Shown: in pieces, positions 1-12,912 of the stretch
Position numbering within the stretch: the stretch's first letter is position 1
Layout: each line of letters begins with the position of its first letter
DNA from: Octopus sinensis
Lineage: Eukaryota
Reading direction: 5' to 3'
Assembly (NCBI RefSeq): GCF_006345805.1
Contig: NC_042998.1
Span: 48,980,001-49,044,000, forward strand
Length of the DNA: 64,000 bases
Translations under genes and position numbers: made by a program
Notes under the pieces: model-generated
Told to the model about the DNA's origin: nothing
What the model saw: the letters and a program-made list of their open reading frames with translations, nothing else
Databases searched by the model: none

Positions 1-1179
1 ATACAGATGGAAACCTGTCTGCAGTATTGCTTTATTGCTTACAAAAGTTCATCTATGTACATTGATATTCATACATAATTGCACTTAAGTCCAACAAAAT
101 TCTATTAGTACATATGTCTGGAGTTAAATATACAACTGTTATTTACAACATGTTATAATAAACATAGCAATAAAAAGAGCCAGAACTAAAAATTTGAGTA
201 TAATATTTTCATCAATAAAAAAAATATCTCATCAAGGCATTTGTGAAATGAAGTTAATTTTAGTTCCCTTTTACACAACTTTTAGCTAGCTCATTTCTTA
301 CACACATGGCTATTTGAAGGATATACGTCCTACAAATAGCCATGAGGTGATAAATTTAGTGAGGTTCCCAGAAAGATTTCAAATAGTGAATATATCTTCA
401 GTCAGGATTTGTAGATATGGAGTTGACCATAAATACGCAAACACATATAAATATATACACATATGCACTACACCTATGTGTGTGTGCATATATATATATA
501 TATATAATATATATATATATATATAATGTATAATATATATATAGTGTGTTTTCTTCACAAAAAAGGTTAGTAACATCCTCGTAACAGATTTTGTAACATT
601 TTTTTTAAAAATCACCTTTACTCTTCAAAAGCTATATTAAGTTTTCCTCATAGACTTTCAAATATATATATATATATAGTTATGGTATATTCTGTTAAGA
701 ACATAGTAGAGTACAGTACAAAGCTAATCCACCTTCAGATTTCACCCTGTGCTACCCAGTAGTAGTATTATACATACTTCCAGGTTTGCATTTGGGCATC
801 TGTTGTGTGTGAATATATAACTGAAAATATTGGAGTCAACAAGAAGGGGTACAGTTGAATGTTCAGCTTCAAGAACATCCCTTCTATCTGCTGTGGCTTG
901 AATTTAGGCTATGACAGACAGAGGATTTTAAACTTATGGAGAGAATACTTACATGTTGCCTGAGGAAACACAACTAGATATCATATAGCAGGGAAACAGT
1001 TGCATAATCAAGCACCTGCACTCCTGGAGAACTACTTTGCATGGAAACAATTGTAGTGATTAAAAAAATAAATGTCCAACCATACCCCTTCTGTGGTGTT
1101 CATAAAATCTAATGAAATTTCATAAATGCTAATATAAATGTATTTGCATGCATACATACATACGTACAATTCTACACTG

Positions 1180-1239
1180 ATATATGCTTAATATATATAT
1201 ATATATTATGCACAACCATCTACATACATATATATATTA

Positions 1240-1274
<35 letters not shown>

Positions 1275-2175
1275 TTATGTATATGTACATGTATCTATGT
1301 ATATGCATATGTATATATAATATATATGTACATATGTGTATATGTGTGTGTATATGTCTCCCTACTTTGTTATATACATATATATATATATATATATATA
1401 ATCAAAAGGGAAATAGAAAGGCGCTATATTTTATCAGGTATAAATTATATAAAATTAATTTACAAACATACATATGGTGGGATTTTTGACATAATATTGC
1501 GTGTTTATTGTTGAGGTAATGCAATTTTAATGAAATATCTAAATTCCCTTCAAATTTAATGTTGCAATTATATATAGTTATATATTATATATCATTGTCT
1601 CTCTCTCTTTCACACTCTGTTTCTCGTTCTCTCTGACACATCTCTACAAATACACACATTTTTCAAATTACTAGAATAAATAACTATTATGATTCCACAC
1701 CACACTCTGTATTAAAAACCACTAGAATACATTATTAATTAGAACAGCAATGTCATTCCTTCTTGCAATATATTGCTAATCACAGCAGCAGGGTCATTAT
1801 GTTTTACTATAGTTTACTTGTAACACAATACTACCTACAACTACCTAACTACCTGCTAACAAACATAGTACTATACTATGTGTTTCTGACAGTGTTGACA
1901 ATAATACGGGTCGTTGTTATCTGCAGTTTCAAGACACATTAAGCTTGAGCTCGGAAAAGTTAGTTAATATTTCTAGTCATGTTTCTATATAATCTAACCA
2001 CTATGTGACTATTATTATTATTATGATATACAAGCCTGAATCCAGACACTATCATTGTAGAAAAACATATTTATAACATACACACACTCATTTATATATA
2101 AATTTAATTATATGGAGGTATATTTACATGTATATATATACATGTGTGTGTATTTATATATGTATAATATATATA

Positions 2176-2208
<33 letters not shown>

Positions 2209-2270
2209 GCATTATATCTACACACACACTATATATATACATTATATATATATATAATATATTATATATA

Positions 2271-2302
<32 letters not shown>

Positions 2303-2552
2303 CTGTATAAGCATATATATGTATTACATATTAATACACACATACAACACATAAATATATACATATGTGTGTCCGTGTGTGTATATATACACACACATAT
2401 ATACTATATATATACATATATGTGTGTATATATATATATATAATATATATATATATAGATATATATATACATATGCACATACTACACACATACATGCATA
2501 CACATATACACATACATACATACATACATACATACATACATACATACATACA

Positions 2553-2583
<31 letters not shown>

Positions 2584-2881
2584 TTTCCAGGGTTGAATTT
2601 TTCACATGTTGCTATTCACTGAGCCACACAGCTTCACATGTGAGTGAGTATTAGGAGCATGAAACCCCAATAGCAATTTGTGGGAAACTGAGCTCAGAAT
2701 ATAATTTATCCCATTCTACAGGAAGGTATTGAGTGCTATTTTGCATAATTGCATATACCAATGTGTTACCATTAAACTTATATATGCATGTGCATGCATG
2801 TGTATGTGTGTGTATATGTATGTATGTATGTACATATATATGTACATATGTATTTATATATATGCATGTATATATATGTAC

Positions 2882-2938
<57 letters not shown>

Positions 2939-3195
2939 TATATATATACACATATATAAACATATGTAGATATATATATACACATATATACATATATATA
3001 TATATAAACACACACACATATATATACATTTATATGTGTATGTATATATAGAGATATATATATATATTATATGCAACTATATATATACATATACATATAT
3101 ATATATATACATATACATATATACATATATATACATATACATATATATATATATACATATACATATATATATATATAATATATATATATATATAT

Positions 3196-3229
<34 letters not shown>

Positions 3230-3236
3230 ACATATG

Positions 3237-3273
<37 letters not shown>

Positions 3274-3338
3274 GTATATATGTATATATATATATGTATA
3301 TATATATGTATATATATATATATGTGTATGTATATATA

Positions 3339-3398
<60 letters not shown>

Positions 3399-3400
3399 CT
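1180..3400. repeat. Clusters of (TA)n/(TG)n/(TACA)n microsatellites
   Basis: Dinucleotide/tetranucleotide arrays at ~1190-1400, 2110-2580 and 2780-3400; they produce the YIYI/MYVC pseudo-ORFs. Confidence 0.95.
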
Positions 3401-3714
3401 GTATGCAATGCTCTTTCAGTCACATACATGCATACACGCAGCAGCTATGTATGTTGATATTTAACACCTATGTTGATATGTCTGTGTAAAAGCATTGACA
3501 TTATCCACTGTGTGTATACACATGTAACCGTAAATATATAATTTAAATGTGTAATATTATGTTGTTAAATAAAATTGTATCTTATTATTATTGCTATCAT
3601 TATGACTGTTGTTTTAGTTGTTATTACTGTTGTTATTATCATTGTTGTTGTTTAGCTGTAGGGCCGTCCATCCAGGACCAAACAGTTCTATGGTCAAATG
3701 CTTTTTTTTTACTG

Positions 3715-3872
3715 TGTAGTAAGAAGTTTGTTTCCCAGTAATATGGATTTAGTTTCCATTTCAGTATGTGGCACCTTGGGCAAGTGTCCTCTTATATGGC
3801 CTTGTGCCGACCAAAGCCTTGTTAGTGGATTTGGCAGACAAGAACTAAAAGAAGCCTGTTGTATTTGTGTGT

Positions 3873-3912
<40 letters not shown>

Positions 3913-4170
3913 GTGTGTGCGTGTGTTTGATTATCTGTCTGTCTATCTGTCTGTGGCTGTGTGTCTGTGTGTGTCTGTCTATCTCCACACTGCTTGGCAG
4001 CTTGTGTTTATCTATCAACATCTCCATAACTTAGCGGTTCAGCAAAAGAGACCAACAGAACAAACACCAGACTTAAAAAAGTAACAACTGGTGTTGATTT
4101 GTTTGACTAAAACCCTCAAAGTAGTGCACCAGCATGGCCACAGTCCCATGACTGAAGCAAATAAAAGTTA
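3715..4170 (+). mobile_element. tRNA-derived SINE family A (CORE-like), CpG-decayed copy
   Basis: ggcaccttgggcaagtgtc motif, internal (TG)n, tail cagcatggccacagtc..tgactgaagcaa; homologous to copies at 18408 and 29825. Confidence 0.85.
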
Positions 4171-5178
4171 TAATAGGTGCAGGCATGGGTGTGAGATTAA
4201 GGATTTTGCTTTCCAAATACATACTTTAGGGGTTCGACCTCATAGCAGAGCACCCTTAGGCAAACTGTCTTCTTTTATAGTCTCAGGCCAACCAAGGCCT
4301 TGTGAGTAGGTTTGAGAGAAATTGAAAGAAGCTTATGTTGTGTGCATGTGTGTGGTGTGTGTGTGTATGCATGCATGTGTAGGCAAATCAAGATCAAAAG
4401 CAAAAATAGGAGAACAAACAAAAAAAGTCAAAAGGACATACACAGTAGATAAATCAGATTGATGCTCAGAGAAAATTTAAGATGGGAAAAAGAGGAGGTG
4501 TAACTTTTCAAGCATGGATCTTTATCAGAAAGTAGAAAAAGGAAAAATGTCCAAAGAGAAGGCGAAGGAAAAAAATTGTCTGAGCAAAGCACATGTGCCA
4601 CTACACCGCTGAACAAAAGAGTAATATTAATTATTGAATGACAAGAGATCAGGAATTATGTTATTGACTTCAATAGCTTGTAGCTGTTTCTGCTATAGCT
4701 CCCTCAGAGCCACACTCACCATATTAGTGTGCATGTACATGTATGTCTTTGTGTCTCTGTTCTTAATGCTGCCTGTTAACTGTAAACGAATAAATAAATC
4801 TCACCATCATTCAGGCAGTGTTGTTTCTTTGCAATCTTTATTTGCAAACACATGTTCGGTTTTATTTCGCTTGGAAACAGGTGAAGGTTGGCAACAGATA
4901 GAATATCTGGCCTTGGCTAATCAGGAAAAAGTTGGGCATTTGATTATAAAAAATCTGCCTCCACGAATATAGTATGATAAATGTAAACATGGAAAAAGTA
5001 GATGTTAAAATAATGATGATGAATATACAGAGAACCACATTTTCTTTTTTAAGTCAGTAAGGTATGATTTGTGAGCATCTGGCTTCTATTTCTAACAGGT
5101 CAAATGACCACATTGGCTCACAGTGAGGAGTGCTATGGCATAGTAGAAATGGCAGAGTATTGAATTAATTGTCTAACA

Positions 5179-5617
5179 CAATGGTTCTCAACTGGAGCCC
5201 ACACAACCCTTAGAGGTCTATTTAAAATTTTTTGTTAAACTTTATGTGCAATAAATTGGCAATACTTCTACAACACACAAAATATTTTAATAGTTTTTTT
5301 ATACAATCCTTAATATCAAATTATAAAAATATAATAGGATTTTAACATGGGAGTCCATTAAAGTAAAATAGGAGTCAAATGTGGTTCTCTGTACATTCAT
5401 CATCATTATTTTAACATACACTTTTTCCATGTTCACATTGATGATACAATATTTGTGAAGGCAGATTTTTTATAATCAAATGCTCAACTTGTTGCTGATT
5501 TTCCAAGGCCAGATATTATATCTTTTGCCAACCTTCACCTGTTTCCAAGTAAAATAAAACTGGATATGTGTTTGCAAATAAAGAGCCAAAGGGGTAAAAG
5601 ATGACTGAGAACCACTT
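5179..5617. mobile_element. hAT (Charlie-like) MITE
   Basis: Termini caatggttctca / tgagaaccactt; 8-bp TSD gtctaaca at 5171-5178 and 5618-5625. Confidence 0.75.
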
Positions 5618-5724
5618 GTCTAACATGAAAAATCATTATTTTCTTTATCCAAAGAACAATCAAATCTATTTATGACTTATGATATATGAATTGAACATAT
5701 TAATTACATGGGAATCACTGAGTA

Positions 5725-6295
5725 TCAACAATATTAATATGCCAACTTGCTGTTTTTGTACGTCTGTACCTGTGGTGTGTGTCACACTTATCTCAAAGGA
5801 AGAAGTGAGTGGCAAAGCAGGAGAGTGAGAGAGACAGTGAGTGGTGACGGTGTTCATTTTGTGTTTTTAAATGTTTATCACATCGCAAGAAAAATAGATA
5901 CATAGATACATACACACATTGTTAAATTAAAAGTGGGAGAGAGGAGGGACACAGAGGAAGTGAAAGAGACAGGGAGATAGTAGATACACAGATCAAAAGA
6001 AAAGTTGATACATAGATACATAGACACATTGTTAAGTCATAGATAACTACAACAAATATTGGATGTCACTTTGACTTTTCATTACCACACGAGGATAAAA
6101 TTAACTTGCAAATGGCTGAGTACTCCACAGACATGCAAGCCATTAATGTAGTTCTCAGGGAGATTCAGCCTCACACAGAATTTGACAAGGTTGGCCCCTT
6201 TGAATTGCAGCTACAACTCATTTTGGCCAGCTGAGTGGACTGGCGTAAGATAAACTATCAAGTGGTTGGAAGAAAATGAAAAAAGATCTTATATA
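5725..6295 (+). mobile_element. Helitron 5' segment with captured SINE fragment
   Basis: Begins A|TCAACAATATTAATATG; colinear with the reverse complement of ~48168-48819, including the same SINE junction. Confidence 0.75.
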
Positions 6296-6566
6296 GGAGC
6301 AGGAAAATCTTTTTAGTCGTTAGGGTCCCTATGGGTGTTAATCTGGTCCTAACAGCAGTATTTGTGGCTCTCACAGATCTCGATGCCAAGCCTCCAGATA
6401 AACACCAATGAGCAGGCTATTGTTATGAAACTGAGCATGAGTCAAGGGTGAACACACGATGGAATAGCAATTATTTCATCTTAGCTTTTGCTGCTTATAC
6501 TAAACACATAACAGCTTTGCCTTGCGATATAGAACATTTCCTTTCCTTTCACTCTTTTTAAAAAAT

Positions 6567-6890
6567 GGCACTCTGTTGGTTATGATAACAAGGTTCCTGT
6601 TTATCTGATCAATGGAACAGTCTGCTCATAAAATTAACACACAAGTAGCTGAGTACTCCACAGACAGACATACCATAAGCTAGCTCTCTGGGAGATTCAG
6701 CCTCACACAGAACGTGACAAGGCTAGCCCCTTTGAATTACAGCTACAACTAGTTTTTTGCCAGCTGAGTAGACTACAGCCAGAGGAAGTAGAGTACCTTG
6801 CTCAAGAACACAGCATGCTGCAGGGAATTGTACTCATGACTTTACAATCGTGGGCCGAATACCCCTAACCACTGAGCCACACACCTTCAC
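6567..6890 (-). mobile_element. SINE family C-type (tail gacggagtgcca), CpG-decayed
   Basis: Reverse complement aligns to 34222-34525. Confidence 0.8.
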
Positions 6891-7404
6891 TCTCTTAACC
6901 GTAGAAAAAAGGAGTGAAGTGGTAGAGACAGAGAAAGGAAAGCATCAGTCATTTACAATGTCAACTTGACTGAAATACGATTGATCTTTTCTAGATTCTT
7001 TACTTTTAACAATGAGGAGGAGGGAAAGACATTTAGTAATGAACAGAGGGAAAGTCTTTCAGCTGTTTATGTTTTTATTTTGGGAGTTCTAGAATGACTG
7101 AGTGTTAGCTCTCTCTTCTTTCCCCCCACCTCCAGTACTTATTCGCCTTTTTTCATAGTTCTTCATGTCTTTTAGTTGTGGGGAAAGACCATGTTTTTTT
7201 TTTGCAGGCACATTTAACATTTTCCCTACAAGCTACAAACAAGCCCACCACCCTTCCTTTTTTTTCATGCAAAAACTAATGTAGATTTCGAACGGGGTAT
7301 AACTGTGAAAAGAGCCCAGAAAAATGGGTAATACCCCCCTATAAAATGGGTGGGGAAGAAAAGTTGCCAATGGGTGGCTACATAAAATTCAACTCTACTT
7401 TAAA

Positions 7405-7735
7405 GAGCATCTTCTACCATAGCCTTGGGCCAGTCAAAGCCACATGAGTGAATTTGGTAGATGGAAACTGAAAGAAGCCCATCATATGTGTGTGTGTGTG
7501 TGTGTCTGTGTCTGTGTTTGTCCCCACCACCATCACCACCACCACCACCATTGCTTGACAACCAATGGTGGTGTGTTTGCATCTCCGTAACTTAGCTATT
7601 CAGCAGAAGAGGTTGATAGAATAAGCACCAGGCTTACAGGGAATAAGTCCAGGGGTCAATTTCTTCAATTAGAGGGTGACGCTCCAGTATGGCCACTGTA
7701 AAATGACTGAAACAAGTAAAAGAATAAAAGAATAC
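7405..7735 (+). mobile_element. SINE family A, 5'-truncated
   Basis: Body and tail motifs gaaactgaaagaagccc..tgactgaaacaagtaaaag. Confidence 0.85.
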
Positions 7736-8604
7736 CAGAAGAACGTTCCATACCACTAAACCAAGAAGATTCTTTGAATATGTACGATGTATTTTAAGGC
7801 TAAATAGTAATTCTGTTTACGTTTGCGTAACTGAGATATTTTGGTTGGATTATATAGTTATCAGTTTTACACTTTTTTCTATATTCTGTAACTGTCACAA
7901 TATAGAAATATTTCTCATGGCACCCGCACGTAATTTACAGATGCTTACATTTTTTTATGTTTTCCGTGAATTTTTCATGGGTCCAGCTAGTTTATATAAA
8001 TACTCAGGCACTTATTTATATAAATCCTGAGTATTTAGTTATATACTTTTAGGTTCTGCTGAGGTCAATTTTACTTTTCTTTTTCCCAGGAATTAAAGAC
8101 AATTATTTTTATTTTGATAGCCATTGTGACTCGATGGTTGACCAAACAACAATATTTCCCCGATGAGCACAAGCATTTTCGTGTAATTAATATGTTCAGT
8201 TCATAAACCACATGATTAATATGTTCAATTCATAAATCGTAAATTACTTTGATATGTCAGTTTAATTCAGGCACTAACCATAAAACTAAATGTTAAAAAA
8301 ATGCCAAACATAAGGATATTCAATTCAAATATGACTTAATAGTCAGTGAGCTGAAAATTTAAAAGACCACATTTTGAAATATCTGAAGGGAAAATGAAAT
8401 GTGGGAAACAATTTTAAAAGACAATAGATTTGTGATTTTTTGGAAAGAAATCGTTGTTCTAAATATTTTAGGATCTGAGTTTAACTTCTGCCAAAGTTAA
8501 TGATATTCATTCTGGTTCTTTACAAACTGAGTTCAAATCCCACCAACTTCAACTTTGCTTTTCATCCTCTTAGGATTGATAAAACAAGTACCACAGTTCT
8601 ATAT

Positions 8605-8751
8605 TTAAGAGATGAGGAACTATGTACATTATTTACATTATTTACATTCGACAGATATTAAGAGCGTGGGTTAAGAGCGTGGTTAAGAGCGTGGGCTACT
8701 AACCCCAAGATTCCGAGTTCAATTCCAAGCAGTGACCTGAACACTAACAAC

Positions 8752-8782
<31 letters not shown>

Positions 8783-8884
8783 TCGAAAAATACCTTAGGT
8801 TCGAAATTTCCCCAAGACACCTGAAGAAGGCTGGAGGGTATATCAGCTGAAACGTGTTAACAACAAACAAGATGAGGACAAATG
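8605..8884 (+). mobile_element. Composite tRNA-head + (AAT)n + hammerhead-like element
   Basis: tRNA-like tggttaagagcgtgggctactaacccc..gagttcaattcc, then (AAT)n, then gacac-CTGAAGA-a-ggctg..cagct-GAAAC-gtgtt. Confidence 0.6.
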
Positions 8885-9202
8885 TTTAAATTCTACCAAG
8901 GTCAACTTTACCTTTCTTTTCTCCAGAAATTAAAGACAATTAATATTACTTTGATAGACATCATGACTCAGTGTTCGACCAAACTACAACATTTCCAAGC
9001 ATCTTTGCGTAATTAATATGTTCAATTCATAACTACATAGTCCAGGTTTCAATGTTACCTTATGGCATTTTAGAGAAGCCTAGTTAATATTTAAAAGAAA
9101 AGGTTTTGTAACACAGAAGCACAAGCAGAACTGGAGTGGTATCAAGATTTATTAATTATGATAATGTATTTGGTATTCTTATTAACTACATACTTTAAAT
9201 AT

Positions 9203-9497
9203 GTGGAGGCACATGGCCTAGTGGTTAGAGCAGTGGACTCAGTCAAGGGATTGTGGGTTCGAATCTCAGACCAGGTGTGTGTTTATAAGTGAAACACCTA
9301 AGCTTCACATGGTTTCAGTAATGGCAAACTTCTGCTGACTCTTTCGCCATGACTTTTTTTCACTCTTTCCTCCAGCATCTAGCAGCTCACCTGCAACGGA
9401 CCAGCGTCCTGTCCAGGTGGGGAACCTATACACCAATGAAACTGGGAAACCAGCCCTTATGAGCCAGGTATGGCTCAAGAAGGAACAAACAACAACA
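9203..9497 (+). mobile_element. SINE family C head with V-domain-like 3' module
   Basis: tRNA head tggaggcacatggcctagtgg..ggttcgaatc; cctgcaacggaccagcgtcctgtccagg..gaaactgggaaac..tgagcc; (AAC)n tail. Confidence 0.75.
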
Positions 9498-10026
9498 CAT
9501 ACTTTAAATATGCATTTTACTCAGGATCTTATTTACAGGATAATATTCAATACACATAACTTGAGGGTCTTATTCTGCTATACGCCCAGTGTCAAAAGAA
9601 TATTAATGAATATTAAGGATGCTCATGCAGAGCATAAAGTGAGTACCCTGTGAATGGTCAGTGTAAGCCTTGATCAACTAAGCAAAAGTGATGTTATCCA
9701 GTGACAACAAGGCCACACTCATATAGAAATATGTCAGAGCAATAGCATCAGAGAACCCCTTTAAAGTTCAGCTGAATAATCACAGATTCTATTTTAGAAG
9801 GCAATGCCTAACAAAATAAAAAGGAAATTACTGGTACAACCTGGACCTTATCTGAATGGAAGGGGACATTGCAAACTTTGCATAGACGAAAAGAATCATT
9901 CTAAAATTTCACACAATTTGAATGTTTCCCCGAATTCAAAAAGTGAAAGCTTTCAAAGTGAGATGTGATGTAGAGGGCACAAGTCCAAGAAAGGCCTTAC
10001 TATATGTCAATATTACTGTCTTCTTA

Positions 10027-10235
10027 AGGTGGCAAGCTGGCAGAAACATTAGCACACCAAGCAAAATGCTTAGCGGTATATTGTCTGCCTTTATGTTCTG
10101 AGTTCAAGGTCGACTTTGCCTTTCATCCTTTTGGGATCGATAAATTAGGTACCAGTTGCATACTGGGAGTCGATCTAATTGGCTGGCTCCCCATCCCCAA
10201 AATTTCAGGCCTTGTGCCTAGAGTAGAAAAGAATA
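10027..10235 (+). mobile_element. SINE family B (Meta-domain-like), CpG-decayed
   Basis: gtcgactttgcctttcatccttttgggatcgataaattaggtaccag core. Confidence 0.85.
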
Positions 10236-10269
10236 TTACTGTCTTCTTCAGGAAACAGACCTTTTTTTT

Positions 10270-11578
10270 TTTATTTTGATATGTGGAGTGTTTCACATCC
10301 AGGTCTTCTTTGAGGTGTGTTAGCCCAGCTGTTTGAGGATTGCATGGAGGTTCATCAGTGCTTCATGAGTTGCTCGCTGCCAACACATAGGATATTGTTC
10401 TTTTCACTTTTCAGCACAAATGTAATGTATTTATCTTTGCTGCTGTTGTTTAAGAAGTGCTGCCTGAGAGAGATTATGCAGCATTCAAAGGCTGTCTGCA
10501 CTGATCTTAAGTCTCTACCTACTTTATTCCTTCTTAGGTAGAGTCTGTCAATATCAGTATTTCTGTGAAAATTTCTAGTTGATGTCAGTATCTTACAGAT
10601 TTCAACTTCTATGGAGTGGATTTCCTCTACAGACAAGTCAAGTATTACAAATGGTTGAATCAGTACTGGTACTGCAAATACATTGTGAGATATTGTCATG
10701 TTGTGAAAAGAAAGTTCCATTTGCCATATTTCTCTAAGTCATGCATAATATTCTCAGGTCATTCTATCTTTATTCACACATGAAAGTATGAAAACACATC
10801 ATATTTTCATATGATATCTTGTTTATCAATACCTAGGGACTTGTAGCATTCTTTGTGTGAGACAGGAGAGATAGCGAGACTATTGATGCATAGGTTTGGG
10901 AGTCTGGGAAACTGATTTTTCTCATTCAATAATCAAATATGAACGTCTCTTTAGGCCAAATTCCATTCCTAAGTCAGTTGAAAACGTTGTTATTAATTCC
11001 AGCTGTTTTTTGGTATTGTTAACATTTTTAGCATAAATCTTAAGGTCATCCACAAAGAAATTATGGGTTACTTTAATATCTCTAGAAGTTACAGACCTTA
11101 GCATGTAGCCATTTGGTTTTTGTAGCAGAAATGAAAATGGATGGGTTTAATGCCAAAATAAACAGAATTAAAGAAAAACTATCTCCTTGGAATATTTCCC
11201 TTGAAACATAACATGGGAGACAATCGTTCAGATCTCAGTCCTAAGTGTAAGAATTGTTGCCCAAATCTTTGTGAGCCAGTCAATGAAAGCAATTGAGGCA
11301 GCAGGCACTTTTGGTAAATGTAGACTCTTCAGCAGCCATAAGTGGGGAAGAGAGTCCAATGCCTTCCTATAATCAAGCCATACTGTTGCAATGCTCCTAC
11401 AATGTTTTTTCACTTCAGACATTATAGCATCGTTTACCAAAAGCTACATCCCCACACTGTCTTCTTTCTTCTTGCCAGCTCATCAGTCACACTGTATGTA
11501 TGTCGTTATTCAGTTTTATTTCAAGATTTTTTTCCCATAGAGAAGCTCTTTCATTGGAATGTCAACAACTTCAACAGG

Positions 11579-11580
<2 letters not shown>
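10270..11580 (-). mobile_element. Degenerate R4/Dong-like non-LTR retrotransposon (RT region)
   Basis: Frameshifted ORFs with RT motifs WLDYRKALDSLPH and FFVDDLK, then DIDRLYLRRNKVGR. Confidence 0.85.
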
Positions 11581-11609
<29 letters not shown>

Positions 11610-11744
11610 TGTATGCATGCATGTGTGCGTGCGTGTGTGTGTGTGTATGTGGGCAATTGCTGAAAATTTAAATATAAACCTGTATTTCACTAGCATATTT
11701 GTATTCTAAAATATTCCCTATTAACATTGCTTATGATTTCTAAA

Positions 11745-12087
11745 TATTAGTTTCAAATTTTGGCACAAGACCAGGATGATCGGGGTGGGTAAGTCGATCA
11801 CATTGACTCCTAAAAGATGAAAGGCAGAGTCAAACTCGGTAGAATTTGAACTCGGAATGTGAAGACGGTCGAAATACCTATTTCTTTATTAACCACAAGG
11901 GGCTAAACACAGAGAGGACAAACAAGGACAGACAAACGGATTAAGTCGATTATATCGACTCCAGTGCGTAACTGGTACTTATTTAATCGACCCCGAAAGG
12001 ATGAAAGGCAAAGTCGACCTCGGCGGAATTTGAACTCAGAACGTAGCGGCTGACGAAATACCGCTAAGCATTTTTCTCGGCGTGCTG
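11745..12087 (-). mobile_element. SINE family B (partly dimeric)
   Basis: Reverse complement of the 28256-28610 type; CpGs retained. Confidence 0.85.
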
Positions 12088-12912
12088 AGTGGCTCACAAA
12101 GATTTGGATAACAATTCTTATACCTAGAACTGAGAGCTAAACGATTGTCTTCTATCTTTCAAGGGAAATATGCCAAAGAGATAGTTTTTTCTTTCATTCT
12201 GTTTATTTTGGCATTAAACCCATTTTTATTCCTACTACAAAAATTAAATGGCTTCAAGTAACTCCTGGAGATATTAATGTAACCCATAATTCTGCCATTT
12301 AGTCGCTTTAATGATTTCTAAATAATACTTTGTGAAATATTCAGTTTAGTTATATAGAGTTGCGTCCCTTACTTCAGACATATTTCATCTAATGCGTGTT
12401 GTGAAACCGGGACACGAAGCAGTCTTTTACAAACTTGCAAGTCATAGGATATCGGATTTCAAGCTTATGTGTGCATTCCTTTCAACGGTGCTCTGCTGGA
12501 TTGTTTCGGAGGAGCGACTGGCTTAAATATCCACCAAGACAGTCTGCCGCTAATCTCGCCGGAAAAAATTGGTGGTACGAAAAGCAGGTTTCAAGTTCTG
12601 TTGGACATTATGAATGTGTAAGAAGTTGCTTGGACTATATGGTCTTCCCTACGAAATTTATTGTCCCTTAGCAGATGTAAGACTGAAGTGTAATACCTAG
12701 ATCGGTGACATTGATGAGGAATGACTTGAACAAGATAACATCATAACAATTTTTAACTCAGAATTAAAGTTTCTGACGAAAGTGCTCACAAAGAGGTTGG
12801 TAGATAGTTTCGACTGGTTTGAACAAACCTGCGCTGTCTCGAACAGATCTATCCAGGACAAATCACGAAGAAAATTGTGTTAAGATCTGACTTTGATAGA
12901 GCGCTGATCAGT

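Noticed and set aside
2591-2639. Plus-strand exon with good splice sites (ttccag|..|gtgagt)
   Set aside because: Isolated, peptide unrecognisable, cannot be joined to a supportable gene model
1184-3464. YIYI/MYVC/HTHT ORFs (also at 31.2-33.4, 41.4-42.0 and 46.3-47.2 kb)
   Set aside because: Simple-repeat artefacts
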